Assembly (NCBI GenBank): GCA_000999715.1 | Contig: LCGL01000004.1 | Location: 44,289 to 108,288 of the forward strand | Reading direction: 5' to 3' | Length of the DNA: 64,000 nt | Source: Candidatus Falkowbacteria bacterium GW2011_GWF2_43_32 | GTDB lineage: Bacteria > Patescibacteriota > Patescibacteriia > Patescibacteriales > UBA12465 | Shown here: piece after piece, positions 1 to 11,774 of the stretch | Layout of the letters: the number at the start of each line of letters is the position of its first letter | Position numbering within the stretch: the first letter of the stretch is position 1 | The notes under the pieces: generated by a model | What the model was told of the DNA's origin: nothing | Databases searched by the model: none | Seen by the model: the letters and a program-made list of their open reading frames with translations, nothing else | Position numbers and translations under genes: made by a program

Positions 1-941
1 GCGGCATGACGCGTATGCCTTTGGTACTGCAGAAAGTCAAAGAATTCTTCGGCAAGGAACCGAACTTGACCGTGAATCCGGATGAAGTTGTAGCGATGGG
101 CGCGGCCGTACAAGCCGGTGTTTTGCAAGGGGATGTTAAAGATGTTCTATTGTTGGATGTTACTCCGCTGACCTTGGGAATTGAAACTTTGGGCGGCGTG
201 GCCACTCCTTTGATTGAGAGAAATACCACTATTCCGACTTCTAAATCGCAAACTTTTTCAACGGCCGCCGACGGTCAAACCGCGGTGGAGATTCATATTG
301 TCCAGGGCGATCGTCCGATGGCCAGCGACAATAAAACGCTCGGACATTTTACTTTGGACGGCATTCCGTCCGCACCGCGCGGCATTCCGCAGATTGAAGT
401 GAAATTTGATTTGGATGCCAACGGTATTTTGAATGTCGCCGCTACCGACAAAGCGACCAATAAACAACAGAAAATTACCATTACCGCTTCTTCCGGTTTG
501 TCCAAAGAGGAAATCGAGAAGATGAAAAAAGAAGCCGAGCTTCACGCCGAAGAAGATAAAAAGAAAAAAGAAGAAGCGGAAATAAAAAATCAGGCCGACG
601 CGGTTTCCTTCACGATGGAAAAAATGGTTAAGGAGTCGGGTGATAAGATGAAGCCGGAAGACAAGAAAGAATTGGAGGATAAGAACGAAGAGTTGAAGAA
701 AGCGAAGGAGTCCGGCAATCTTGAGGAGATGAAAAAGAAAATGGAAGAGATAAATACCATTGCCCAGAAAATCGGCGCGGCCATGTACCAACAGCCGGGT
801 GCCGGAGGAGTTCCGGGCGCGGAACAAGCGGGAGCGGCCGGTGCTGAGGCCGGGGCGGCGGGAGCCGGACCCGAGGGGGCTGATGCTAGTGCCAAGAAAG
901 ATGATAATGTTGTGGAAGGAGAAGTCGAGGAGAAGAAATAA
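1..941 (+). CDS. dnaK: Molecular chaperone DnaK (Hsp70), C-terminal two-thirds; 5' end lies upstream of the window
   Basis: Frame-3 ORF open to position 1. Contains the Hsp70 substrate-binding domain motif [14 protein letters not shown] and a Lys/Glu-rich lid. C-terminal tail ends in EEVD-like acidic residues. Confidence 0.9.
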   Translation, partial: GMTRMPLVLQKVKEFFGKEPNLTVNPDEVVAMGAAVQAGVLQGDVKDVLLLDVTPLTLGIETLGGVATPLIERNTTIPTSKSQTFSTAADGQTAVEIHIVQGDRPMASDNKTLGHFTLDGIPSAPRGIPQIEVKFDLDANGILNVAATDKATNKQQKITITASSGLSKEEIEKMKKEAELHAEEDKKKKEEAEIKNQADAVSFTMEKMVKESGDKMKPEDKKELEDKNEELKKAKESGNLEEMKKKMEEINTIAQKIGAAMYQQPGAGGVPGAEQAGAAGAEAGAAGAGPEGADASAKKDDNVVEGEVEEKK

Positions 942-1046
942 TAATAAAAGAAGTAATATAGGAAAAATAAGAGAACCCGGATAGTTTTATTTTTTGTTTA
1001 GAAAATATTTATCCCCACTTCATAAGCAGTATGCTTATATGGAAGG

Positions 1047-1457
1047 ATGGATATATTTTATTCAAAATATAAAAGCTTACCCGGAACCAGTTATCGGGAA
1101 ATTAAGCATTGTGTCGATGTCTCATTCACGAAAATAAAGCGCAGGACTAGGCGGCGACCGTATTTAAGATCCGCTTATTTTCATGGAGAAAAAATATTTT
1201 TTGAATATTTTTGGGCGCATTTGAGACAAAAAAATTATAAGGATCAAATTAGACGACTTAAATTTTTCCGGGCTTCTTTAGAGTTATTACAGTATTCATG
1301 CCATATTGCAGAGACATCAATTAACCGCCACAATACAACAGATAAACTATATAGATTTCAAGGAAAAACCGCCGATAGTCGTTTGTTTATTGTGCAAGTA
1401 AAAGAAAATAAGAAGACGGGCCAAAAATTTTTTATGTCTTGCTTCCCTCGGGAATAA
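1047..1457 (+). CDS. Hypothetical small basic protein (136 aa) inserted between dnaK and dnaJ
   Basis: ORF in a markedly AT-rich ~700-bp segment. Arg/Lys-rich (KRRTRRRP). No family recognised. Coding status itself is uncertain. Confidence 0.35.
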   Translation: MDIFYSKYKSLPGTSYREIKHCVDVSFTKIKRRTRRRPYLRSAYFHGEKIFFEYFWAHLRQKNYKDQIRRLKFFRASLELLQYSCHIAETSINRHNTTDKLYRFQGKTADSRLFIVQVKENKKTGQKFFMSCFPRE

Positions 1458-1696
1458 AATCTAATAAAACAAAAAATCCCCGCCAAGTTGGAGGAATTTA
1501 CCGCTTGAGGCGATAAAAGTAAGCTCCGGCCGAGATTTCTTATTACTATTATAGCACAATATTTTTTTATGTCAATGCAAAAACTTTTCATCAAAAACCG
1601 CCATGATCAGAAAATCGCGGCCGTTGCCCGAGTAATCGATAAGTGGCTCAAGTCCCTTAATTAAATTTTTCAATTAAATTCGACTCTCAATTAATT

Positions 1697-2806
1697 ATGC
1701 CCAAAGACTATTACGATATTTTAGGCGTTTCCAAAAACGCCGGCGCCGCCGATATTAAAACCGCTTTTCGCAAGAAAGCGCACGAACATCATCCGGACAA
1801 AGGCGGCGATGAAGTAAAATTCAAGGAGCTTAACGAGGCTTATCAGGTTTTAGGTAACGCGGAAAAGCGTCAGCGCTACGATCAATTCGGCGCGGCTGCT
1901 TTTCAGCAAGGCGGATTCAACAATGCCGGCGGCCAGGGTGCGAGCGGTTTCGGCGGCCAGGGCTTTTCCGGTTTTCAGAACGGTGGTTTTAATGTTGATT
2001 TTGAGGACTTGGGCGATATGTTCGGCGGCTTTGGCGACATTTTCGGTTTCGGCGGCAGTTCGGGGCGCGGCAGTTCAAAAAGACAAACGCGCGGCCGCGA
2101 TCTGGAAATGAAAATCGGTTTGGAGTTTATGGAAGCAATTTTTGGCGGCGAGAAAGAGTTGAATTTTTCCAAAAATATCACTTGCAATCGTTGTCACGGC
2201 GAAGGAGCCGAACCGGGCGCGAAAGTGGAAACTTGTAAAACCTGCGGCGGTTCCGGACGTGTTGCCCATATTCAACGGACGATTTTGGGTAATATTCAAA
2301 CGCAAGCGACTTGCTCACATTGCGGCGGCGAAGGGAAAATTTATAGTCAAAAATGTACGAAATGCGGCGGCGCGGGCATTCATCACGAGGCGGTAAAATT
2401 AAAAATCCGCATTCCGGCCGGAATTGACGACGGCGAATCCATCAAGTTGAGCGGACAGGGCGAAGCCGGACAAAAAGGGGCGCCGGCCGGAGATTTATAT
2501 TTGCGCGTAAAAGTTGCCGCCCATAAAAATTTTATTCGCGATGGTTATGATATTCGGACCGAAGAAGTAATCAATATCAAACAAGCGATTTTGGGTGACA
2601 AGATTGAAGTGGCCACGATTCATGGTCCGGTAAAACTGAAAATTCCGGAAGGTACGCAGTCAGGTACGGTTTTTAAGTTGAAAGAAAAGGGTATAACTAA
2701 ATTACGGAACCGCGGTCTTGGTGATCAGTTCATAAAAATAACGGTCAAGATTCCGGCCGGCTTGAATCGCCGTCAAAAACAGATTTTGGAACAATTAAAT
2801 ATGTAA
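1697..2806 (+). CDS. dnaJ: Co-chaperone DnaJ (Hsp40)
   Basis: N-terminal J domain with HPD motif (AHEHHPDKGG). Gly/Phe-rich linker. Four CxxCxGxG zinc-finger repeats (CNRCHGEG, CKTCGGSG, CSHCGGEG, CTKCGGAG). C-terminal substrate-binding domain. Confidence 0.93.
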   Translation: MPKDYYDILGVSKNAGAADIKTAFRKKAHEHHPDKGGDEVKFKELNEAYQVLGNAEKRQRYDQFGAAAFQQGGFNNAGGQGASGFGGQGFSGFQNGGFNVDFEDLGDMFGGFGDIFGFGGSSGRGSSKRQTRGRDLEMKIGLEFMEAIFGGEKELNFSKNITCNRCHGEGAEPGAKVETCKTCGGSGRVAHIQRTILGNIQTQATCSHCGGEGKIYSQKCTKCGGAGIHHEAVKLKIRIPAGIDDGESIKLSGQGEAGQKGAPAGDLYLRVKVAAHKNFIRDGYDIRTEEVINIKQAILGDKIEVATIHGPVKLKIPEGTQSGTVFKLKEKGITKLRNRGLGDQFIKITVKIPAGLNRRQKQILEQLNM

Positions 2807-3187
2807 TATTTTGCCGTTATAGTCAATCAGTCTTATTCTTTATTTCGGTTGACTTTTACCGTTAAAATGCTAAAATTAAAGTGTTCTTATTATTAAATTA
2901 ACAGAAAAACTATGTGCTGTAATTGGCTCCAAAAGATTTTTGGCGGTAAAAATTGCTGCCAGCACGCAGAAGAGAAAGCGCCGTCGACAGATTCCGTGGT
3001 GAATGCCACCGCCGGACAAGAAGTCAAGCCGGAAGGCAATCATTCGGAGCACTCGGAAAACATCCAATAATTATTTTCCGACAGAACTTAGAAGACGCGC
3101 TTGACGCGTTTTTTAAGTATAAAATTAATTGCGCCTGACAGTCGGCCGGCAAACCGGCGGCTGATATCATCAAGGCGCTCCGATAAA

Positions 3188-4039
3188 ATGTTTATCGATA
3201 CTCATGCCCATGTTAATTTCTCCGCTTTTAAAGACGATGCCGACGAGGTAATTCGTCGCGCTTTTGATAATAATACTTGGATGGTTTTGGTGGGCTCGGA
3301 ATTAAAGACTTCCAATCGGGCTTTGAATTATGCCAATAAATACGAAAAAGGCGTTTATGCCGCTATCGGCTTACATCCGGTTCATTTGGAAGAGGGTTTG
3401 GTCGATACCGGCGAAACCGGCGATTTGGCCGGTTTTACGGCTCGGGCCGAGGAATTTGATTACGGCAGTTATGAAAAATTGGCCAAGTTTGAAAAAGTCG
3501 TGGCGATCGGCGAAATCGGCTTGGATTATTATCATCTGGATCCGACGAAAAATTTGCCGGCACTCAAGAAAAAACAGCAAGAAGTATTTGCCCAGCAATT
3601 GCTGTTGGCGCGTAGTCTGGATCTCCCGGCCATCATTCATTGCCGCCAGGCGCACGACGATTTATTGATGTTATTGCAGGAATTTAAAGAAGAATACGGC
3701 CGTCTGATTCCGAACGATCGCCCTTGGGGAGTGGTCCATTGTTTTTCCGGCGACGAAGATTTGGCTTGGAAATATTTTAAATTGGGATTATTGATTTCTT
3801 TCACCGGTCTCATCACTTTCAGCCAACAGTGGGACGATTTGATTCGCAAGACCTCTTTGGACAAGATAATGATTGAAACCGATTCGCCGTATATGACTCC
3901 GGAACCTTATCGCGGTCAGCGCAATGAGCCTCTTTTGGTGCAATATGTGGCTAATCATATTGCAAAAATCAAAAATATCAAGCTGGAAAAAGTGGCGGAA
4001 ATCACTACGGCGACGGCCAGAGCCTTCTTTAAGATTTAA
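3188..4039 (+). CDS. tatD: TatD-family metal-dependent hydrolase/DNase
   Basis: Starts MFIDTHAHV (TatD signature HxH). Conserved EIGLDY and HCF/SG motifs. The track ORF begins at 3101, but the conserved N-terminus begins at the Met at 3188. Confidence 0.8.
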   Translation: MFIDTHAHVNFSAFKDDADEVIRRAFDNNTWMVLVGSELKTSNRALNYANKYEKGVYAAIGLHPVHLEEGLVDTGETGDLAGFTARAEEFDYGSYEKLAKFEKVVAIGEIGLDYYHLDPTKNLPALKKKQQEVFAQQLLLARSLDLPAIIHCRQAHDDLLMLLQEFKEEYGRLIPNDRPWGVVHCFSGDEDLAWKYFKLGLLISFTGLITFSQQWDDLIRKTSLDKIMIETDSPYMTPEPYRGQRNEPLLVQYVANHIAKIKNIKLEKVAEITTATARAFFKI

Positions 4040-4074
4040 CCCTAAAATTAGAGTAAATTATAAAAAGAGCAGGG

Positions 4075-4103
4075 TTGACACGTAAACCCTTTTGCGGTAT
4101 AAC
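4075..4103 (+). promoter_or_regulatory. Sigma70-like promoter for the atp operon (TTGACA-17-TATAAC)
   Basis: TTGACA at 4075-4080, 17-nt spacer, TATAAC at 4098-4103, about 45 nt upstream of atpZ. It overlaps a weak hairpin (AGGGTT..AACCCT+TTTT) that may terminate tatD. Confidence 0.4.
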
Positions 4104-4146
4104 TGAGTTGTCTTAATTTTAGAAAGACAGTCGATATTTTGACGAT

Positions 4147-4497
4147 ATGAATTTAGGAAAAATTATTGATCCCAAAAGCGTGAAAACGATGGCTGTCGCG
4201 ACGTTTTATTACGCCAGCGGCGCTATTTTCGGACCTTTATTGCTTTTTGGCGGTTTAGGATATTTGTCGGATAAATGGTTTTCATCCAGCCCGCTGGGAT
4301 TGATTATCGGCGTATTTTTGGCTTTCGTAACGACCAATTTTCTATTATTGAAGAAACTGGGCAAAATTAATCGTTTGATCGCTTCCTACGCCCCGAAACC
4401 GATTGATGAAGTAAAGATCGATCAAGAAAAAGACGATCGTCAGCCGGCGATTGATTCAAGCGCCGCCGATAAGGCTCGCGCCGCCAAACAACAATAA
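4147..4497 (+). CDS. AtpZ/AtpI-like small membrane protein preceding the F-ATPase genes
   Basis: 116 aa, two hydrophobic helices, positioned immediately upstream of atpB as in atpZ/atpI arrangements. Confidence 0.55.
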   Translation: MNLGKIIDPKSVKTMAVATFYYASGAIFGPLLLFGGLGYLSDKWFSSSPLGLIIGVFLAFVTTNFLLLKKLGKINRLIASYAPKPIDEVKIDQEKDDRQPAIDSSAADKARAAKQQ

Positions 4498-4499
4498 AT

Positions 4500-5243
4500 A
4501 TGAGTTTGAATATTTCACTTTCTCCGGAAATTTTATTTTACCTCGGCACTTGGCCGATTTCCAATACTTTTTTTTGGTCTGTTGTCGTAACGGTGTTTTT
4601 GATTATCGGTTCTTTTTTCTTGCGCCGCAGTCTTCGTTTGATTCCCGGCAAGTTTCAGAATATGATAGAAATTTTGGTGGAAGGCGGATATGATTTCGTG
4701 GAAGGCGTCGTCGGCGATAAAACCAAAGCGAAAAGAATTTTTCCTTTGGTGTTTACCATGTTTTTCTTTATTTTTTTCTGTAACTTGCTGGTTTACATTC
4801 CCGGACAGTCGGCCGTCACCATACAAACCGCCGGGGGAGCGGTGCCTTTGTTTCGGGCGATCATTTCCGATTATGGTTTGGTATTCATGATGACGATGAT
4901 TTCCGTGTTGATTACCCAGATCGTCGCGATTGTTGTAGCCGGCCCCTGGAAATATATCGGTAAATTCATCAATCTGAGAAGCCCTCTGAAATGTTTTTTG
5001 GGCATTATGGATTTGATCGGCGAATTGGCGAAAGTGATGTCCCTGTCTTTCCGTTTGTTCGGCAATATTTTCGCCGGTGAAATTTTGGGAGCGGTGATGT
5101 TATTTTTATTCCCGTTTTTTCTGCCTTTGCCGTTTTTGTTTCTGGGACTTTTAACGGCGGTGGTTCAGCCTTTCGTGTTTGCGGTCTTGACTCTGGTTTT
5201 CATTTCCATGGCTTCGGATATTTCCGTTCCGGAAGAAGCTTAA
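4500..5243 (+). CDS. atpB: F0F1 ATP synthase subunit a
   Basis: Polytopic membrane protein with the conserved LSLSFRLFGNIFAGE motif of subunit a (the Arg is essential for proton translocation). Confidence 0.9.
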   Translation: MSLNISLSPEILFYLGTWPISNTFFWSVVVTVFLIIGSFFLRRSLRLIPGKFQNMIEILVEGGYDFVEGVVGDKTKAKRIFPLVFTMFFFIFFCNLLVYIPGQSAVTIQTAGGAVPLFRAIISDYGLVFMMTMISVLITQIVAIVVAGPWKYIGKFINLRSPLKCFLGIMDLIGELAKVMSLSFRLFGNIFAGEILGAVMLFLFPFFLPLPFLFLGLLTAVVQPFVFAVLTLVFISMASDISVPEEA

Positions 5244-5282
5244 AAACTTATCATTTATAAAATTAATTATAATTTAATCTAA

Positions 5283-5516
<234 letters not shown>

Positions 5517-5590
5517 AAAGCGGGGAAGATCCGACTCTTTGCTCCTCGGAGATAAGGGGCGGATTTCTTTGTTTTTTAATTTTCCTTTTT

Positions 5591-6085
5591 ATGACTTTAA
5601 TCAGAGCTTTGGGAATCGACGGTAGAATTCTTTTGGCCCAATTTTTTAATTTTGCGGTTTTGGCTTTTGTTCTCTGGCGTTTTGCTTATCGCCCGCTTTT
5701 TAATATGTTGGAAGAACGGCGTCGCAAAGTCGCGCAAGGAGTGGAGGACGCCGAAGCCGCCACCAAAAAATTAGTGGCCGCCACCGACGAAAGTCGGGGA
5801 TTGGTAACGGGCGCCAAAAAAGAAGCGGCGCTGATCGTGGAAGAAGCCAAAAAACAAGCCGAGATTCGATATAAGGAAATAATCAATAAGTCGCGGGAAG
5901 ATATCGGCGTGATTATCAACGAAGAAAGAGAAAAAATGAGAATTGAAAAAGCCGAAACTTTGCGGGCGATTAAAAATGAAATCGCCGGCTTGGTCGTTTT
6001 ATCCGTAGAAAAAGTTTTGGGAGAAAAAATTGATGCCGTCAAAGATCAGGAATTGATTGAACGGACGGTTAAAAAATTAAAATAA
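5591..6085 (+). CDS. atpF: F0F1 ATP synthase subunit b
   Basis: N-terminal TM helix followed by a long charged coiled-coil. Position between atpE and atpH. Confidence 0.8.
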   Translation: MTLIRALGIDGRILLAQFFNFAVLAFVLWRFAYRPLFNMLEERRRKVAQGVEDAEAATKKLVAATDESRGLVTGAKKEAALIVEEAKKQAEIRYKEIINKSREDIGVIINEEREKMRIEKAETLRAIKNEIAGLVVLSVEKVLGEKIDAVKDQELIERTVKKLK

Positions 6086-6487
6086 ATGAAAGCCAGCGAT
6101 AAACAATATGCGCGCGCACTTTTTGACTTGACGCAAAATCAAAAGGGCGCGGAGTTGAATAAAACGATTAAAGATTTCGCTCGTCTTTTGCTTAAGCACA
6201 ATCGGGCCGTCAGTTTGAATCGCATCATCGATCGTTTTCAAAATATTTGGAATCAGGAAAATTCCGTGGTGAAGGCGGAAATAATCAGCGCGCATAAGTT
6301 GAACGATAAGACGAAGGAATTTTTAGACGAACACATTAAAAAATTGGCTCAGGCCAAAGAAGTGGCCGTCGACAGCAAGGTGGATCCCGGCATTTTAGGC
6401 GGCTTGATAATAAAATACGGCGACCGTATCATTGACGCCGGCTTTAAATCCAAATTGCGGTCGTTGAAGCAAAGTATTCAAAATTAA
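6086..6487 (+). CDS. atpH: F0F1 ATP synthase subunit delta (OSCP), unusually short (133 aa)
   Basis: Position between b and alpha. OSCP-like helical N-terminus. Short relative to the usual ~175-180 aa. Confidence 0.7.
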   Translation: MKASDKQYARALFDLTQNQKGAELNKTIKDFARLLLKHNRAVSLNRIIDRFQNIWNQENSVVKAEIISAHKLNDKTKEFLDEHIKKLAQAKEVAVDSKVDPGILGGLIIKYGDRIIDAGFKSKLRSLKQSIQN

Positions 6488-6504
6488 TTAATATTTACAA
6501 GCAT

Positions 6505-8043
6505 ATGTCCAGTCACGCCAAGGATTTCATCGTGGAACAATTAAAAAAACAGATTCAAGATTTGGAATTTGATAATCAGGAACGCTCTTTCGGCAAAGTC
6601 ATCGAAGTCGGCGACGGTATCGCCAAAGTTTCCGGATTGTCGGAAGCGATGATGTCGGAAATGTTGGAATTCAAGACCGAACGGGGATCCGTTTACGGCG
6701 TGGTGTTGAATTTAAACGAGGACAGCGTCGGCGCCATCGTTTTGGGCGATTCCAGTTGGATTAAGGAAGCCGATGAAGTGATGGCGACAAAAAGAATTTT
6801 GGAGGTTCCGGTCGGCGAAGATTTGATCGGCCGGGTGGTCAATCCTTTAGGGGCGGTTTTGGACGGCAAAGAAGAATTGAAATCCGATAAACATTATCCG
6901 ATTGAAAAAATCGCTCCGGGCGTTATTACCCGCGAATCGGTGAAACAGCCGGTTCAGACCGGTATTAAGGCCGTTGATGCCATGATTCCGATCGGCCGCG
7001 GACAAAGAGAATTGATTATCGGCGATCGCCAGATCGGCAAAACCGCTATCGCCATCGATACGATTATCAATCAAGCCGGACAGAAAATGAAATGCGTTTA
7101 TGTGGCTATCGGACAAAAAGAATCCAAGGTGGCCAATATTGTGGCTAAATTGGAACAATCCGGCGCCATGAAATATACTATTGTCGTTGTCGCCGGGGCG
7201 AGCGATCCGGCTTCCATGTTATATATCGCGCCTTATGCCGGGACGGCGATGGCGGAATACTTTTTGGATCAAGGCGAGGACGTGCTGGTCGTTTATGATG
7301 ATTTGTCCAAGCACGCCGTATCTTATCGCGAGATTTCTTTATTGTTGAAACGTCCGCCGGGCCGCGAAGCGTATCCGGGCGACGTCTTTTATTTGCATTC
7401 CCGTTTATTGGAAAGATCTTGCAAGCTGAACAAAGATTTTGGCGGCGGGTCAATCACTTCCTTGCCGATTATCGAAACGCAAGCCGGCGATGTGGCCGCT
7501 TATATTCCGACCAATGTCATTTCTATCACCGACGGACAGATTTATTTGGAACCGGATTTGTTTTATCAAGGCAATCGTCCGGCCGTCAATGTCGGTATTT
7601 CCGTTTCCCGTGTCGGTTCGGCCGCTCAGATCAAGGCGATGAAGAAAGTGGCCGGAAAAATTAAGTTGGAAGCGGCGCAGTATAGAGAATTGGCGGCTTT
7701 TGCCCAGTTCGGTTCCGATTTGGATGAAGCGACCAAAAAGCAATTGGAAAGAGGCAAGCGCTTATTTGAAATTTTCAAACAAGATCAGTACGCTCCGGTG
7801 GCCGTTGAAGACCAGGTGTTGATTTATTACGCGGTTTCCAACGGGTATATGGATGACGTGCCGGTAGAACGGATTAAAGATTTTGAACTCGCTCTTTTGA
7901 ATTATGCTCATGACAATGCCCGGGCGACTTTGGACAGGGTAAAAAAGAGCGGTCAGTTGGAAGAAAAAGATGAAAGCGATTTCCAGCAAGCCATTCAAGG
8001 CTGTAAAGATATTTTAGATTATTTGATCAAGAAAAATGATTAA
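6505..8043 (+). CDS. atpA: F0F1 ATP synthase subunit alpha
   Basis: Walker [10 protein letters not shown]. Alpha-subunit signature motifs. 512 aa. Confidence 0.95.
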   Translation: MSSHAKDFIVEQLKKQIQDLEFDNQERSFGKVIEVGDGIAKVSGLSEAMMSEMLEFKTERGSVYGVVLNLNEDSVGAIVLGDSSWIKEADEVMATKRILEVPVGEDLIGRVVNPLGAVLDGKEELKSDKHYPIEKIAPGVITRESVKQPVQTGIKAVDAMIPIGRGQRELIIGDRQIGKTAIAIDTIINQAGQKMKCVYVAIGQKESKVANIVAKLEQSGAMKYTIVVVAGASDPASMLYIAPYAGTAMAEYFLDQGEDVLVVYDDLSKHAVSYREISLLLKRPPGREAYPGDVFYLHSRLLERSCKLNKDFGGGSITSLPIIETQAGDVAAYIPTNVISITDGQIYLEPDLFYQGNRPAVNVGISVSRVGSAAQIKAMKKVAGKIKLEAAQYRELAAFAQFGSDLDEATKKQLERGKRLFEIFKQDQYAPVAVEDQVLIYYAVSNGYMDDVPVERIKDFELALLNYAHDNARATLDRVKKSGQLEEKDESDFQQAIQGCKDILDYLIKKND

Positions 8044-8986
8044 TGCCAAAGAGATAAAAAAAAGAATAAAATCCGTTTCCAACACCAAAAAAATTACCAA
8101 AGCGATGGAGATGGTGGCGGCCGCCAAAATGCGCCGCGCCGTGGAAGCGGTGTTAAAAACCAGAACTTATGCCAATTTGAGTTGGATGACGATTTTGAAT
8201 ATCGCCCGTTCTCTCAATTCCGGCTCCGAGCGACATCCCTTGCTGACGCCGCGCCCGGAAAATAAAAGAACGGCCATTGTTCTGGTCTCTTCCAATCGCG
8301 GTTTATGCGGCGGATTCAATACCGCGCTTATTTCCAAAGCGATAAAATCGCTTAAAAAATACGATTCGGAGACGGATTTTATAGTCATCGGGAAAAAGGG
8401 CTTGGCGGTGCAAAATCGTTTCGGCTATAATGTCGTCGCCGAGTTTCCGAAAGCCGACGTGTTGTCCGATTCAACGGCGGTTTCCCCCATAGCTTCCATG
8501 ATCATCAAGGAATTTTTAAGCGGCCGTTATGATAAAGTCTTGTTGGCTTACAGCGATTTCGTCAATGCCGTTAAACAAGTGCCGCGCATCAAACAGCTTT
8601 TGCCCGTTGACATCGATTCCGAGGATGAATATTTGGGAGCGATCGGCACCAGCGAAAAGTTGGCGACCAGCAAGGAAATGATCAAACAGAAAGAAGAAAA
8701 ATATTTACAAACCGGAAAAAACAAATTTATTTTCACCTACGAACCGGAAGCGGAAGAAGTGTTGGAGGCGATGGTGCCGCGCTTGGTGGAAGTGCAAATT
8801 TTTCAGGCTCTTTTGGAATCCAATGCTTCCGAACACAGCGCCCGGATGGCGGCCATGCATCAAGCGACCGATGCCGCCGGAGACCTGGTTGACGAGTTGA
8901 CGCTTTTTTATAACAAAGCCAGACAAGCCAGCATTACCGCGGAAATTTCCGAAATCAGCGCCGGTGTTTTGAGTTTGAGCAGTTAA
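8036..8986 (+). CDS. atpG: F0F1 ATP synthase subunit gamma
   Basis: Conserved N-terminus ([29 protein letters not shown]) and C-terminal helix. Overlaps the atpA stop by 8 nt. Confidence 0.9.
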   Translation: MINAKEIKKRIKSVSNTKKITKAMEMVAAAKMRRAVEAVLKTRTYANLSWMTILNIARSLNSGSERHPLLTPRPENKRTAIVLVSSNRGLCGGFNTALISKAIKSLKKYDSETDFIVIGKKGLAVQNRFGYNVVAEFPKADVLSDSTAVSPIASMIIKEFLSGRYDKVLLAYSDFVNAVKQVPRIKQLLPVDIDSEDEYLGAIGTSEKLATSKEMIKQKEEKYLQTGKNKFIFTYEPEAEEVLEAMVPRLVEVQIFQALLESNASEHSARMAAMHQATDAAGDLVDELTLFYNKARQASITAEISEISAGVLSLSS

Positions 8987-8998
8987 TAATTTTGCTAA

Positions 8999-10393
<1,395 letters not shown>

Positions 10394-10401
10394 TAAAAAT
10401 T

Positions 10402-10848
10402 TTGTTTATGTCGCAAAAGATTATCACATTTGAAATCGTCACGCCGGAAAGAGTTGTTTTCCGAGAGGAAATCAGACAGATAACCGTGCCGACGACCAGC
10501 GGCGAAGTCACTATTTTGCCGGAGCATATTCCTTTGGTTTCCATCTTGAAGCCGGGCGTGTTGGAAATCAAAAAGTCCGACGATACCTGGGAAATTATTT
10601 CAGTATCCGGCGGATTTTTGGAGGTGCTGCGGGACAAAATTGTTATTTTAGCGGATACGGCGGAAAGAGCGGTGGAATTGGATGAACAGAGAATTGAGGA
10701 GGCTAGAGCCAGAGCCGAGGAAGCCAAGAAGAATGCGATTAATGTTGATCAAATGGAATTTGCCCGTATTGCCGCTCAATTGGAGAAAGAATTGGCGCGG
10801 ACGCGCGCTTTGAATCGTTGGCGGAAGATTAAAGGTTTTTCCAAGTAA
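10402..10848 (+). CDS. atpC: F0F1 ATP synthase subunit epsilon
   Basis: N-terminal beta-sandwich (IVTPERVVF..) plus C-terminal helical hairpin. Last gene of the operon. Confidence 0.85.
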   Translation: MFMSQKIITFEIVTPERVVFREEIRQITVPTTSGEVTILPEHIPLVSILKPGVLEIKKSDDTWEIISVSGGFLEVLRDKIVILADTAERAVELDEQRIEEARARAEEAKKNAINVDQMEFARIAAQLEKELARTRALNRWRKIKGFSK

Positions 10849-10878
10849 GAGGTATTCAAGTGATATTTTTAAAATAAA

Positions 10879-10906
10879 AGCCTCGGCCTATCGGTCGGGG
10901 TTTTTG
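10879..10906 (+). terminator. Probable intrinsic terminator of the atp operon
   Basis: Short GC stem (cggcc/ggtcg with one G-U pair) followed by GGGTTTTT, directly after the atpC stop. Confidence 0.4.
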
Positions 10907-11183
10907 GTATTTGGAATCGGATTTTGATTTACGGGATTTACCAAGGATTTTTGATATTTTTAAGGCGGAAACTCGTCATTATTCATACTTTGTTGTTTAT
11001 TGGTCCTGTTGCATAAGCGAATAAAAGGAGATAAAATAAGATTATCCGAGTATTGACGCTTGATTCGAGAATTACGCGATATATTCGTATAATAGTCAAT
11101 AATTTGTATATATTGCGTATTTATGACGTATAAAAATGAGTTAGCTGAAATTTTGTCTGCCTAATCAATAATCCAATATTAAT

Positions 11184-11630
11184 ATGCCTGAAAAAGAACG
11201 ATTTAAACCGTACGCCGCCGCCTATCTCGTCTTAATAAAAGATGGGCAAGTTTTGCTCATGAAAAGAGCCAACACTGGCTATCAGGATGGAAATTACGGG
11301 TTAGTATCTGGCCATTTTGATGGCGGAGAAACAGCAAAACAATGTATAATTCGTGAATCAAGGGAGGAGGCTGGAATTACTGTTTTTCCGGAAGATCTTG
11401 AAGTTGTTCATGTTGTGCATCGTTTTAGACCGGCTAGGGAATATTTTGATATTTATCTTCGTGCAGAAAAATGGTCTGGTGAAATAAAAAACATGGAACA
11501 AGATAAATGTGATGAGTTTGGGTGGTTTAAAATTGACGATCTTCCGGAAAATGCGATTCCCGAATTAAAACTTGCCCTTGAAAATATTAGAAACAACGTG
11601 CATTATGGAGAGCTTGGTTGGGCGGCTTAG
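11184..11630 (+). CDS. Nudix hydrolase (island cassette 1)
   Basis: Nudix box GHFDGGETAKQCIIRESREEAGI (Gx5Ex7REUxEExGU). Confidence 0.85.
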   Translation: MPEKERFKPYAAAYLVLIKDGQVLLMKRANTGYQDGNYGLVSGHFDGGETAKQCIIRESREEAGITVFPEDLEVVHVVHRFRPAREYFDIYLRAEKWSGEIKNMEQDKCDEFGWFKIDDLPENAIPELKLALENIRNNVHYGELGWAA

Positions 11631-11664
11631 TGATATTAAAAATGTCGGCAGACAAAGCATCAGA

Positions 11665-11760
11665 TAACACGGTATATACAAAATTTTCTTTCGCTTCGCT
11701 TCAAAAAACTTCGTATGATACCGATACGTTGTACGCCATACACTTCGGCGCGCGGGTTAA
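11665..11760. repeat. Island intergenic repeat: imperfect palindrome with arms CAGATAACACGGTATATAC ... GTATGATACCGATACGTTGTAC around a CTTTCGCTTCGCTTC-AAAAAACTTC box
   Basis: The reverse complement of the right arm matches the left arm at most positions. The central box recurs at 13540-13560 and 16860-16875. Confidence 0.55.
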
Positions 11761-11774
11761 ATAAAGTTCACGAT

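Noticed and set aside
258-895. Several minus-strand and alternate-frame ORFs (258..827, 293..505, 590..895, 760..984) inside dnaK
   Set aside because: They lie wholly within the well-supported dnaK frame. Their translations are low-complexity (poly-Phe/Leu or Ala/Pro-rich) mirror images of the Lys/Glu-rich dnaK tail. These are antisense artefacts.
1923-2305. ORFs overlapping the DnaJ Gly/Phe-rich linker (1923..2111 +, 1975..2187 -, 2075..2305 -)
   Set aside because: They are generated by the GGC/TTC-rich repeat of the G/F linker. There is no independent coding evidence.
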